Shown here: positions 29,806 through 38,722 of the stretch, in pieces
Position numbering within the stretch: position 1 is the first letter of the stretch
How the letters are laid out: each line of letters begins with the position of its first letter
NCBI GenBank assembly: GCA_036276755.1
Contig: DASUOG010000005.1
Coordinates: 13,777-77,776 of the forward strand
Source: Candidatus Saccharimonadales bacterium
Lineage (GTDB): Bacteria > Patescibacteriota > Saccharimonadia > Saccharimonadales > 2-12-FULL-41-12
Direction: 5' to 3'
Length of the DNA: 64,000 nt
Translations under genes and position numbers: made by a program
The notes under the pieces: model-generated
The model's input: only the letters and a program-made list of their open reading frames with translations
Databases searched by the model: none
Told to the model about the DNA's origin: nothing

Positions 29806-30558
29806 TTATTCTTGTTCGTCAGGGACTTCAAGCATATAGCCTATACCGAATAAGGTTTTTAAAAGTTCTTCTTTCCCATAAACCTTCAGCTTGGTTCTCA
29901 CTTTCCCCACCATAACCCTTAGTGACGAGGTATCGTGTATCACGCCTGTTTCTCCCCATATGGCAGCATATAACTCTTCAGTCGTACAGGCTTGATTGCG
30001 CCTATCGGACAAGAATTTCAAAAATTGTCTTTCTTTGGAAGTGAATCGTTCCTCGGTAACTCCACCGGACACACTTATGTTACCCAGCTCATCCACAAAA
30101 AGATCCTGCACCTGTAAGATATCTTCTGTATATCTTGTCAGTAGCCATAACTCAAATACACTTTTGGTCCTAGCCAATTGAAAAACCGTTTCATTTCTTA
30201 ATTCCTCTACCAATATGACTTTTTCTCCACTTGGTGTACGTAAAACTGGTATGTCGAAGCTATGCACCGCCAGATCTCCTAGGACGGCTACGGCATTTAA
30301 TCTGTGAGCGTGGTCGCTATATATTTTTTCAACTTCAAATTCCGACGATAGCCATATAACCGTTTGGTCTTCTGCAAGACCGTCTAAACGGCTTAGAGAA
30401 TTAGCTGGGATACCTATGCGACCCCGATCGGTTACATCAACATCACACTCCAAACTCATAAGAGGTTGTCCTAGATTGCTGAGTTGAAACCCCATTGGCC
30501 GACGATCCAATCCTGGCAAATCAATCGCATCATAAACTTCTGCAGGCGATACGCTCAT
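29806..30558 (-). CDS. Protein with C-terminal OmpR-type winged-helix DNA-binding domain
   Basis: FTSKERQFL..L...EELY..IWG...SLRV.V..VR.KL...LKT.FGIGY; no clear receiver domain. Confidence 0.75.
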   Translation of the reverse strand: MSVSPAEVYDAIDLPGLDRRPMGFQLSNLGQPLMSLECDVDVTDRGRIGIPANSLSRLDGLAEDQTVIWLSSEFEVEKIYSDHAHRLNAVAVLGDLAVHSFDIPVLRTPSGEKVILVEELRNETVFQLARTKSVFELWLLTRYTEDILQVQDLFVDELGNISVSGGVTEERFTSKERQFLKFLSDRRNQACTTEELYAAIWGETGVIHDTSSLRVMVGKVRTKLKVYGKEELLKTLFGIGYMLEVPDEQE

Positions 30559-30602
30559 TCCCCGTATTCTAGTTTAGGATACACAGCTAAACAAAAGCGT
30601 TG

Positions 30603-30626
30603 TTATGACAACTCCACAGTAGCTCC
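30603..30626 (-). repeat. Diverged duplicate of the rplL 3' end (encodes GATVELS*)
   Basis: 18/24 identical to 30679-30702 (GATVELN*); differences are 3 synonymous positions plus the last codon. Confidence 0.8.
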
Positions 30627-30678
30627 CATAAATGCCAGGGAATATTTATGTCGACACGAGCGAAGCGTCCGTGGTTTT
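30627..30678. mobile_element. 52-bp hairpin mini-element, copy 1
   Basis: CATAA..hairpin..TTATGTCGACNCGAGCGAAGCGTC shared with 43237-43290; lies between duplicated gene 3' ends. Confidence 0.65.
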
Positions 30679-31158
30679 TTAGTTCAACTCTACTGTAGCA
30701 CCGGCCTCTTCTAGAGCCTTCTTTGCCGCTTCGGCGTCTTCTTTAGGCACCTTTTCCTTGATGACCTTAGGGGCTCCGTCGACCAGTGCTTTGGCTTCGC
30801 CAAGTCCCAGACCGGTTATGTCCTTGACGGCCTTGATGACGGCGACCTTTTGACCGCCTACGTCCTTCAGATTGATGTCGTATTCGTTTTTGGCTTCTTC
30901 GGCCGGAGCCTCTGCGCCTTCACCACCGGCTACCGGAGCTGCAACTGCCGCTACGGGAGCAGCCGCGCTTACACCCCAGTATTCTTCCAGAAACTTTACG
31001 AATTTACTGATTTCAAGCGCACTCATTTTGTCGAGTTGCTTGGTTATGTCGGCAAATTCCTTGGGAACCTCTACCTTTTTGGATTCTTTTGTTGAGTCTT
31101 CGGATTTGCTTTCTTCTTTCTTTTCTTCCGGTTTAGTATCTTTCGTTTCTGCTGTCAT
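30679..31158 (-). CDS. rplL: 50S ribosomal protein L7/L12 (N-terminal extension)
   Basis: [28 protein letters not shown]. Confidence 0.97.
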   Translation of the reverse strand: MTAETKDTKPEEKKEESKSEDSTKESKKVEVPKEFADITKQLDKMSALEISKFVKFLEEYWGVSAAAPVAAVAAPVAGGEGAEAPAEEAKNEYDINLKDVGGQKVAVIKAVKDITGLGLGEAKALVDGAPKVIKEKVPKEDAEAAKKALEEAGATVELN

Positions 31159-31172
31159 AGTTATCTCCTTTA

Positions 31173-31703
31173 TTAACTTATAGTTTCAGCGCGCGCATTC
31201 AACACCTGGAGCACGCCCTTGATGTTGCCGCTCAGTACGGTTACAAACCCTCTCTGCGGCCCGCTGAGCACACTGAGCAACTGCGCACGTAACTGTTCCT
31301 TGTTAGGCAAGGCGGCCAATTGTTTGACGTCCTCGGCTTCCAGGAATTGTCCGTCCATAGTAAGCGCTCCGACAAATTCCAAGGTTTTGTTTGCATTGGC
31401 AAATTTGGCCAAAGCTTGCGCAGGTGCCACTTCATCATCACTGTTGAAGGCATAAACAAGCTGGGAAGTCAGCTTAGCGGTGTCTATATCCTTGTACCTG
31501 GATGAAGATTGTAAGGCCTTGATGACCAAACGGTTCTTTATGACCTTGACGCTGGTACCGTTCGCTTTAGCTTGTTTGCGCAAGTTCTGCATTTGCTTAA
31601 CGCTGGTGCCTTGGTAATCAGCAATTACCGTCAGCTTCGAAGACTCCAGTAATTCGCTTACCTGACTTACTATTTCTTCTTTCTTAGCTTTCGTTAAAGC
31701 CAT
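31173..31703 (-). CDS. rplJ: 50S ribosomal protein L10
   Basis: DYQG, VIKNRL, LAALP..EQLRAQL. Confidence 0.96.
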   Translation of the reverse strand: MALTKAKKEEIVSQVSELLESSKLTVIADYQGTSVKQMQNLRKQAKANGTSVKVIKNRLVIKALQSSSRYKDIDTAKLTSQLVYAFNSDDEVAPAQALAKFANANKTLEFVGALTMDGQFLEAEDVKQLAALPNKEQLRAQLLSVLSGPQRGFVTVLSGNIKGVLQVLNARAETIS

Positions 31704-31767
31704 TTTGATATTCCTTGTTTAGTTTACCTTGGCAGGCTTCGACCTTAGCCGCCAGAAAGTTACCATT

Positions 31768-31865
31768 AAAAAATCTTTGGCGTGGAACCAAAGACTTATA
31801 ACAAAGCTTTATTTGCCTCGGCGACATTTTCAAGCGATTAAATCGACGTCGCTGTCTTTGGGTAA
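31768..31865 (-). promoter_or_regulatory. L10 leader with downstream intrinsic terminator (attenuator)
   Basis: ACCCAAAGACAGCGAC...TTAA...GTCGCCGAGG resembles the L10 leader core; TCTTTGG/CCAAAGA hairpin plus T6 at 31768-31795. Confidence 0.7.
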
Positions 31866-31899
31866 CTATCGACTATAATAACAGATTGAGCCTGTTAAT

Positions 31900-34191
31900 T
31901 CAACTTTTATCAAGTTGTGCGAGTTTCTTCTTAGTGTAACGTTCGGCGGCCAGGCGTGTCAGCTCCGGATCATCGCTCATATTGACAAATTTCATGCCTT
32001 CAGCGATCAGGGGATGCTTTTCCGCCACCATATCAAACATTGTCTTGGCAATTTTTCTATAAGCCGGGTGTCCCGCTGAACCGGTTCTTAGCTCTAAAAA
32101 GTGATAAGCCTCCCGGGCGTTGAAAGTCATTTTCCAGCGCATCCGATGGCCCAAAAGTGTCGCATATTGAGCTTCCTGTTCGTAACCGTTTTTCTGCATC
32201 AGACTGTATAATCGCAGGCTTAGATCGAAGCACTTTTCGAATTCGTCACTCAATCCGGCATCTTGGACCAGTTTAGGAACTTCATAGCCGTAACGTGGCG
32301 TGAGCATCTGCCAAGTCAGATCATCTACCATGCGATGTCTCTGCAGATCGCGGAAAATGCCGTAATCGCACAAGATGTCCCATGAATAATGTATTTTTTC
32401 AAACGCCCGGCCCGGCTTGTGACGACGGTTGAATCTTTCGCCGATATAGCTTTGGACGACTTTTTTCTTCTTATTTACCGGCCATTTATCGACTTCTTTC
32501 CTCAGTTCGGTCAATGAAAGGGAACTATGTTCATATAATATATCGGCAGCTATATCCAATTCGTTATGCGGCCAAACACTGACCAGTCTTACGGGTTCGC
32601 TATCTCCACTGATCCTCGATGGCAATAATTCATCGGCTAGAGCCTTGGTATTTTCTCTGGCAAATGCTCTGTAGCCCATTGCCAGGATGCCGCGTTCGTT
32701 AATGTCGACTCTTTCCAAAAACGCCGGTATGGTCTTGCGCGCTTCAACCAGTAGTTTCCTGCCTACCTCGTGCGCTTCAGCCAGATTGTCGCTTAGCAAA
32801 TGCATGATTAGGCTTTCTAAGGCCTGTCCCGATGCGAATATACCGACGGTTGATTTGGTAGCTACCGGCAGGACCGCCCTGGCGGCATCACAAGCCTGGG
32901 CCCTGGTCGCGCCTTTCCAGGCAACGTCGCGCTCACTCTCCGGTACGCCGGAGGTGCTTCTAACGTAATCCGTAAGTTTGGCTACCATGTATGAATAAAT
33001 ACCAAAAATCTTGTCCAGTGCCTCGTTATAAGCCTTTTCAACGTCTTTTTTAAGGTAAGGTAGCCGATGATAACGGTAATTTCCGTGCTCATCTTTTTTA
33101 TCAAAATAGATATAACGCGTTGATTGTTCAAGGTAGGAGGCCAGCCTGCCCCACTCCAGCTTTTTTGTCAGCAGGTTGCTGGCATTCTCTACTACAACGT
33201 GTTGGCCGACCAGCTGCTGAACCGAATCATCGCCATATGCGGTTATGACCTTTTTAAGTAAGCGTTCGTCCTTGGCTTCCGGACTACTGAATTCGTCCAA
33301 GATAGTTACTCTCATATCATCGCCGCGCCGGCTTAACCGGGCCATGGCAGCAGCTATCGTCTGCGAAGGAAGTCTAGTGGTGAAGGCATACACGTCATCT
33401 TGGGTATTGGTCAGAAAGGATTTCAGATATTCGTGCCCTTCGGGTGTGATCCGGGGCGGGGACTCGGTTTTGTCCAAATAGGGGTTACCCTCGTTTTTAC
33501 CTATCTTTTTTTTTAGTTTGTTGCCGTCCGGCAAGAAAACCAGCATGGTTTCCCACAACTGGTCATTGATGATCTTGGTATTTAAAATTTTGCCCGAGCG
33601 CGTGCAGTCTATCTGCTTAAAGTCCTTGGGAAACAACTGGCATAAGTTATCATAAACTTCTACCGATTTTCTAAGATGCTCCAGGCTGCTTTCGTGAATA
33701 TCTTTTGAATTACCCCTTTTGTCGACATTTCTTATCGCTATCTCAGGCGGCACGCGCAGAACAAAAGATATATCAGGCCGCGGTATTTTAAACATCTCGT
33801 ATTCTATCTGGTCCAACCATATAAAGAACCCGCGCCTTTGCTCGGCGTTGTCGAACAGAACGCCCTGGTGAGCCATATTCGACCCACTAAACCTGTCCGC
33901 GACCACTACTTTGCCTTCGGTAAGGGCCTTTTTGATACGCGCCGCGGAATGAAACCGGTCTAGAGCAAAAAACATCGAGGCAGTATACGGTCCGACTGTT
34001 GCGGGGGACCCTAAGTTACCGGCCAGATATTCCTTGATGAAATAGCTGGAAGGCTTGTTGTATTGCGGGAACTGCAAGGCTTCTACTTTGTAGCCGTTAT
34101 TTTGGAGCCTTTCAACAATAAGTTTGAACTGGGTGGATTTGCCTGACCCGTTGGTACCTTCTAAAACGATGAATGCCCCTTGGCTTCGCAT
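31900..34191 (-). CDS. thyX: Thymidylate kinase fused to two-domain FAD-dependent thymidylate synthase (Tmk-ThyX)
   Basis: N-terminal EGTNGSGKSTQ and DRF (Tmk); YGDDSV, EQSTRY, RDLQRHR, ELRT...GH..YR (ThyX). Confidence 0.88.
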   Translation of the reverse strand: MRSQGAFIVLEGTNGSGKSTQFKLIVERLQNNGYKVEALQFPQYNKPSSYFIKEYLAGNLGSPATVGPYTASMFFALDRFHSAARIKKALTEGKVVVADRFSGSNMAHQGVLFDNAEQRRGFFIWLDQIEYEMFKIPRPDISFVLRVPPEIAIRNVDKRGNSKDIHESSLEHLRKSVEVYDNLCQLFPKDFKQIDCTRSGKILNTKIINDQLWETMLVFLPDGNKLKKKIGKNEGNPYLDKTESPPRITPEGHEYLKSFLTNTQDDVYAFTTRLPSQTIAAAMARLSRRGDDMRVTILDEFSSPEAKDERLLKKVITAYGDDSVQQLVGQHVVVENASNLLTKKLEWGRLASYLEQSTRYIYFDKKDEHGNYRYHRLPYLKKDVEKAYNEALDKIFGIYSYMVAKLTDYVRSTSGVPESERDVAWKGATRAQACDAARAVLPVATKSTVGIFASGQALESLIMHLLSDNLAEAHEVGRKLLVEARKTIPAFLERVDINERGILAMGYRAFARENTKALADELLPSRISGDSEPVRLVSVWPHNELDIAADILYEHSSLSLTELRKEVDKWPVNKKKKVVQSYIGERFNRRHKPGRAFEKIHYSWDILCDYGIFRDLQRHRMVDDLTWQMLTPRYGYEVPKLVQDAGLSDEFEKCFDLSLRLYSLMQKNGYEQEAQYATLLGHRMRWKMTFNAREAYHFLELRTGSAGHPAYRKIAKTMFDMVAEKHPLIAEGMKFVNMSDDPELTRLAAERYTKKKLAQLDKS

Positions 34192-34250
34192 ATATTCACC
34201 CCAGTCTTATATTACAGCCCACCGGTTAATGGAATAATTATAACTTACAT

Positions 34251-34751
34251 TTAAGCAAATTGCCGTCCGACGATATTTTTCAGGTGTTTTTTGTTGTATA
34301 GTTTATGGCTGTTTTTTTCCAGATAAACTTTTTTGATACCCGCTGCTAAAATAGCATTCCAGCAGGGTTCGCAAGCCCACCAATGCCCCCATAGATACAG
34401 TTCCCCGTCGCTCAGATCCTTTTTTGGATGATTGTGTAGGGCATCCACGATAGCCCGGGGTTCGCTGTGGTTTTTCGGATGACAGCCTTCGCAAAGTTCG
34501 TATCGCTGACCGGTAGGTATACCTTTTTTTACCCGCTCGCAGCCGAATTTATCGTGATAATCACTGCCGTTGGCGCCTCTGCCGATTATCTTCCCCTCAA
34601 GCACTATCACGGAGGCGGTAGGCATGGTCCGATCCAGCGAATTGCTCCTAGCAAATTCCCTGGCCGCACTCATGAACTTATTATCCCCATCGACGTAGTA
34701 AATGGTTTCGTCCTTCGGGATGAACGGATATTTTATTTCAGATTTTGCCAT
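34251..34751 (-). CDS. dCMP deaminase/ComEB-like cytidine deaminase family protein
   Basis: CER...G..YELC, HSE, ACEPC, I..AGIKKV. Confidence 0.8.
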   Translation of the reverse strand: MAKSEIKYPFIPKDETIYYVDGDNKFMSAAREFARSNSLDRTMPTASVIVLEGKIIGRGANGSDYHDKFGCERVKKGIPTGQRYELCEGCHPKNHSEPRAIVDALHNHPKKDLSDGELYLWGHWWACEPCWNAILAAGIKKVYLEKNSHKLYNKKHLKNIVGRQFA

Positions 34752-34762
34752 TAACTCTAGTA

Positions 34763-34786
34763 ATTATAAGGATTCTTATCTATAAT
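34763..34786. promoter_or_regulatory. Back-to-back -10 boxes for the divergent deaminase and thyA-like genes
   Basis: TATAAT on - strand (34763-34768, 11 nt from ATG) and + strand (34781-34786, 8 nt from ATG). Confidence 0.6.
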
Positions 34787-34794
34787 CACAAGAA

Positions 34795-35631
34795 ATGGCG
34801 AGATTTGATTTTATCTACAGGTCTGTACTGGAAGACCTGATGAATAAGGGGGTGAAGGAAGTAAACAAGCGAACTGGGCATGAAACTAAGGCGCTTCCCG
34901 GAATCAGTTTTTCTATAGACTTGGAAAAAGACGGTTTTCCGCTGCTTGCCTTGAGAAAAATACCCGTAAAATTGTTCATTGCCGAGCAAGTCTGGTTCAT
35001 ATCAGGCAGTAGAAAACCGGAGATATTTTTACGAGACTATACGAAGATTTGGGATGATTTCACTAACCCGGGCGATGTAGTAACCGTAGCATACGGCTAT
35101 CGCTGGCGCAGGCATTTCGGACGCGACCAGCTGGGTAGCCTTGTTAAACTACTGGAAGAGGACAAGTCTTCCAGGCACGGGGTCATAGTAACCTGGGATC
35201 CGGCCAGTGACGGCCTGGGCGGCGTCAGCAAAAGCAACGTACCCTGTCCATTTACGTTCACGGTCAATGTAATAGGCGGTCGGTTGAATCTTATGAACGT
35301 GGTGCGCTCGAACGATATGATCCTAGGTTTTCCGCATGATGTGGCCGGTTTTGCTCTTTTGCAATGCATTTTGGCCCAAAAACTTGGAGTAAAGCCGGGA
35401 ATTTATACGCATACTATAGCGAACGCTCATATTTACGACACCCACTATCACGCCGCCGAAGAACTTATAAAACGTCCGGTTGACTCTGAACCGATAAAGT
35501 TAGAATTGCCCGAAAATAGCTTTGAGAGATCTGAACAAAAAGACCACGGGCTGGTAGATGAAATCTATGCCAGTTTGACTGCAAATTATAAGCCCGGTAA
35601 TAAATTAAAAGACTTGAAAATAATCTTATGA
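34795..35631 (+). CDS. Thymidylate synthase family protein with dCMP-type active-site residues
   Basis: RTG, FPLL..RK, E..WF..G, YG.RWR, VPC, RSND..LG.PHD, AHIY. Confidence 0.88.
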   Translation: MARFDFIYRSVLEDLMNKGVKEVNKRTGHETKALPGISFSIDLEKDGFPLLALRKIPVKLFIAEQVWFISGSRKPEIFLRDYTKIWDDFTNPGDVVTVAYGYRWRRHFGRDQLGSLVKLLEEDKSSRHGVIVTWDPASDGLGGVSKSNVPCPFTFTVNVIGGRLNLMNVVRSNDMILGFPHDVAGFALLQCILAQKLGVKPGIYTHTIANAHIYDTHYHAAEELIKRPVDSEPIKLELPENSFERSEQKDHGLVDEIYASLTANYKPGNKLKDLKIIL

Positions 35632-35653
35632 GGAACATATAGTAGGTAACCAT

Positions 35654-36298
35654 ATGTCTGTTCTAACACGCGAAGATATCCTGAAGTACGTCAAAGAGGG
35701 CGGTCTCGGTTTTAAACCCGGACTCGATTCGTTCCAATTGCAAGCACACTCGGTAGACCTGAGGCTCGGTTTTACGTTTTTAGTACCGAAATCATGGTAT
35801 GTCAGCAAAGCGGGCCGCGAACAGATCCACATGGACTTTTATGCCGCTAACAAAAAAGAACACTTCGACATAGTCGAGCTGGAGCAAGGCCAATTCTTCG
35901 ACTTGCTTCCGGATGAGCACATATTGGTCTCGTCCTTGGAATCTGTCAAATTGCCGGCTGATCTTATGGGGGTAATGTATCCGCGGTCATCCACCAACAG
36001 GAAAGGTATTTCAGTTGATCAGACAGGTATAATCGACAGCGGTTATGAAGGCCAGCTGGTGATCCCGATACGCAATAATACCCAATCGCAAACCGTAAGG
36101 TTATATCCCGGTGAGCGTTTTTGCCAGATCGTTTTCCAACGTTTGAGCGGGGAGGTCAAAGCCCGAAAAAGCCGCTACCACCGAAAGGACATAATCGAAG
36201 GCGTAGACGTGGACAGTCTGGAAAATGAACGCGAAAAAGAAATCAAATTAATAACAAAAGGCGACATCAAAGAGCTTAAGAAGAGCTACCCGGTCTGA
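35654..36298 (+). CDS. dCTP deaminase/dUTPase family protein (deaminase Glu absent)
   Basis: SVDLRLG, RSS..R.G, IDSGYEG, LYPG.R.CQ..F. Confidence 0.85.
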   Translation: MSVLTREDILKYVKEGGLGFKPGLDSFQLQAHSVDLRLGFTFLVPKSWYVSKAGREQIHMDFYAANKKEHFDIVELEQGQFFDLLPDEHILVSSLESVKLPADLMGVMYPRSSTNRKGISVDQTGIIDSGYEGQLVIPIRNNTQSQTVRLYPGERFCQIVFQRLSGEVKARKSRYHRKDIIEGVDVDSLENEREKEIKLITKGDIKELKKSYPV

Positions 36299-36305
36299 AC
36301 CGGCA

Positions 36306-37271
36306 CTACAGCTTGGACGGATCGATAGCTATAGACGGACCCATGGTAGTTGCAGCATAAATTGAACGTATAAAAGCGCCTTTTACCGATGAAGGCTTGT
36401 TTTGCTTAACCGATCCGACGAGTTCGTCCGCGTTTTGCTTGAGCTTCCCGCCACCGAAACTGACCTTACCGACACCGATATGGATAATGCCATTGCCGTC
36501 TACCCGGTACTCTACTTTGCCGGCTTTTGATTGCTCGACGGCTTTTGCCACGTCCGCAGTCACCGTACCGCTCTTCGGATTAGGCATAAGTCCTTTGGGT
36601 CCTAAGATACGTGCATACTTGGCCAATTTGACCATAAGGTTCGGCATAGCTATCAAAACATCGAAGTCGGTTAATCCCTTGTCCAGCATCGCCAGAACTT
36701 CATCTTCGCCGGCGATATCGGCACCTTTAGCCTTGGCTTTTTTGGCATTGGTTTCATCGGCGAATACCGCCACCTTGACGGTTTTGCCGCTTCCGGCGGG
36801 CAATACCACGCTGTCACGTATGTTCTGATCAGCTTGCTTCGGATCGACATTCAGCCTGATGTGCAGTTCTACCGTAGCATCAAAATTCGCAGTAGACGTT
36901 TTGCATGCCAGCTCCAGAGCGTCCGCTAGGTTGTACTCCTTGTCTTTTTCAATCAGTTCGGCTGATTTGCGGTATTTCTTGCCTTTTCTTTCAAGCTTCG
37001 AACGCGGTGGTTTCTGCTGAGGTTTTTTCTCTTTGGCTGAAGGCTCAGATGACTGTGCGGTTTTACGGTCTTCTTTAGCGGTTTTTTCTTCGGTTTCACG
37101 GACCGCCGTGGCGCTTCGCTTGCCGGCTTTTGCCGTCTTTTGCTCTTCTTTTGGCTCTTCAGCCTCAGACTGGGCTTTTTCAACTGCAATTTTCTTTTTG
37201 GCTTCTTGTTTCTCTTCGTCTGCTGCCTGCTGTTTGCTGCCTGCAATTGTCTTTTTGGTCTCTTCTGCCAT
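36306..37271 (-). CDS. rplA: 50S ribosomal protein L1 (long N-terminal extension)
   Basis: FDATVE, LGPKGLMPNPKSGTV, TTMGP; SD AAAGGAG before ATG 37271. Confidence 0.97.
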   Translation of the reverse strand: MAEETKKTIAGSKQQAADEEKQEAKKKIAVEKAQSEAEEPKEEQKTAKAGKRSATAVRETEEKTAKEDRKTAQSSEPSAKEKKPQQKPPRSKLERKGKKYRKSAELIEKDKEYNLADALELACKTSTANFDATVELHIRLNVDPKQADQNIRDSVVLPAGSGKTVKVAVFADETNAKKAKAKGADIAGEDEVLAMLDKGLTDFDVLIAMPNLMVKLAKYARILGPKGLMPNPKSGTVTADVAKAVEQSKAGKVEYRVDGNGIIHIGVGKVSFGGGKLKQNADELVGSVKQNKPSSVKGAFIRSIYAATTMGPSIAIDPSKL

Positions 37272-37284
37272 GATCACTCCTTTC

Positions 37285-37319
37285 GTGGTGCAGACGTCCG
37301 CCAGCTGGCGGACTCCCAC
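37285..37319 (-). promoter_or_regulatory. Probable L1-binding mRNA operator between rplK and rplA
   Basis: GTGGGAG...ACCAC immediately before SD; encloses 18-bp palindrome 37296-37313. Confidence 0.55.
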
Positions 37320-37329
37320 AAAAAATTAA

Positions 37330-37755
37330 TTATTCTACTTCTATGCCCATACTGCGAGCCGTACCGGCGACCATTTTCTTTACGGCGTCAATATCGTCGG
37401 TATTCATATCCTTAGCCTTATTCTCGGCGATGGCGGTTAAGTCGGCATCTGATAATTTTTTATCGATTTTTTCAGTGTTCGGACGCCCGGAACCTTTTTG
37501 GATACCCAGTTTAGCCCTTATTTGTTCGTCAACCGGTTCACTAACGACTCTGAATTCCATACTTCTATCGTCATAAATCGTTATGTGGGCGGTTAAAATG
37601 CCTTTCATCTCTTTGGTCTGTTCATTGAATGGGTTGATAAAGTCCATCATGTTGACTCCGTACTGTCCCAAGGTACTGCCTACCGGCGGCGCGGCACTGG
37701 CTTTGCCCGCCGGTACACGCATCTTTAAATTTGCTTTTATTTCTTTCTCAGCCAT
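37330..37755 (-). CDS. rplK: 50S ribosomal protein L11
   Basis: AGKA..APPVG..LGQ.GVN, GTARSMG. Confidence 0.97.
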   Translation of the reverse strand: MAEKEIKANLKMRVPAGKASAAPPVGSTLGQYGVNMMDFINPFNEQTKEMKGILTAHITIYDDRSMEFRVVSEPVDEQIRAKLGIQKGSGRPNTEKIDKKLSDADLTAIAENKAKDMNTDDIDAVKKMVAGTARSMGIEVE

Positions 37756-37764
37756 GACTATCTC

Positions 37765-38307
37765 CTAAACCTTCTTTACCTGTAGCGTGTCCAGTTCTAC
37801 CGGTGTTTCACGGCCGAACATATTAACCAGCACTTTAAGCTTGCCTTTAGTGGCATCTATCTCGTTGATAGACCCGTCGAAGCCCTTGAACGGACCGTCG
37901 ATTATATTGACGACCTCGCCTTCCTTGAGGTCTATCTTATGCTTTGGCTGCTCAAGGCCCATACGCTTGCGTATCTTATCCAGTTCATCCTTGCTTATGG
38001 GCGTGGGGTCGATGCCCGTCCCTACAAAACCGGTAACGTTCGGTGTGTTGCGGACTATATACCAGGCATCCTCGGTAAGTTTCATATGCACCAACACATA
38101 GCCTTGGAAAATGCGTTTTTCGACAATCTTGCGCTTACCGTTTTTTATCTCTATCATCTTTTCCTTAGGTACCAATACTTCAAAAATCTTATCGGCCATA
38201 TCCAGACTTTCGGCACGCTGGCGGATGCTTTCGGCGACTTTTTCTTCATAACCGCTGTAGGTATGGATGGCATACCAGTTTTTGGTTTCGTCGTATCTTT
38301 TTGCCAT
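37765..38307 (-). CDS. nusG: Transcription factor NusG
   Basis: WYAIHTYSGYE, VRNTPNVTGF, DGPF, FGRETPVEL. Confidence 0.97.
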   Translation of the reverse strand: MAKRYDETKNWYAIHTYSGYEEKVAESIRQRAESLDMADKIFEVLVPKEKMIEIKNGKRKIVEKRIFQGYVLVHMKLTEDAWYIVRNTPNVTGFVGTGIDPTPISKDELDKIRKRMGLEQPKHKIDLKEGEVVNIIDGPFKGFDGSINEIDATKGKLKVLVNMFGRETPVELDTLQVKKV

Positions 38308-38329
38308 TGCTATACTCCTTACGCTTTGG

Positions 38330-38722
38330 TTATTTAATTATTATCTGCTTGAACAGTTTATCGAGCACGAAGTCCAATCCGGCGATAAAAACGGCAAAAA
38401 TAGCCGAAAAAACGAATACTGCGAACGTCAATCGTATAGTTTCCCTGCGTCCCGGCCATGTGGTCAGACGAAGCTCCTGCCAGGCGCCTTTCAGATACCG
38501 GGGGACGGCGAACAACAATCTGTCTAAAAACCGGCCTAAACGGTTGTCCGGCAGCCTGACGAATCGATTTCTTTTCTTGCCGCCACCCGAACGTATTTTC
38601 TTGATCGGTGCGAATCGTCGTTCTTTCGCGGTCTTTTTCTCACCACGCTTTTTAGAAGCGGCCAATTCACGCATAGAAGGTGCCCTAGCTGGTTGCTTTG
38701 ATGGTTTCTTCTTTCTTGCCAT
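38330..38722 (-). CDS. secE: Preprotein translocase SecE
   Basis: ELRLTTWP.R.E, single TM, LD; upstream of nusG. Confidence 0.93.
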   Translation of the reverse strand: MARKKKPSKQPARAPSMRELAASKKRGEKKTAKERRFAPIKKIRSGGGKKRNRFVRLPDNRLGRFLDRLLFAVPRYLKGAWQELRLTTWPGRRETIRLTFAVFVFSAIFAVFIAGLDFVLDKLFKQIIIK

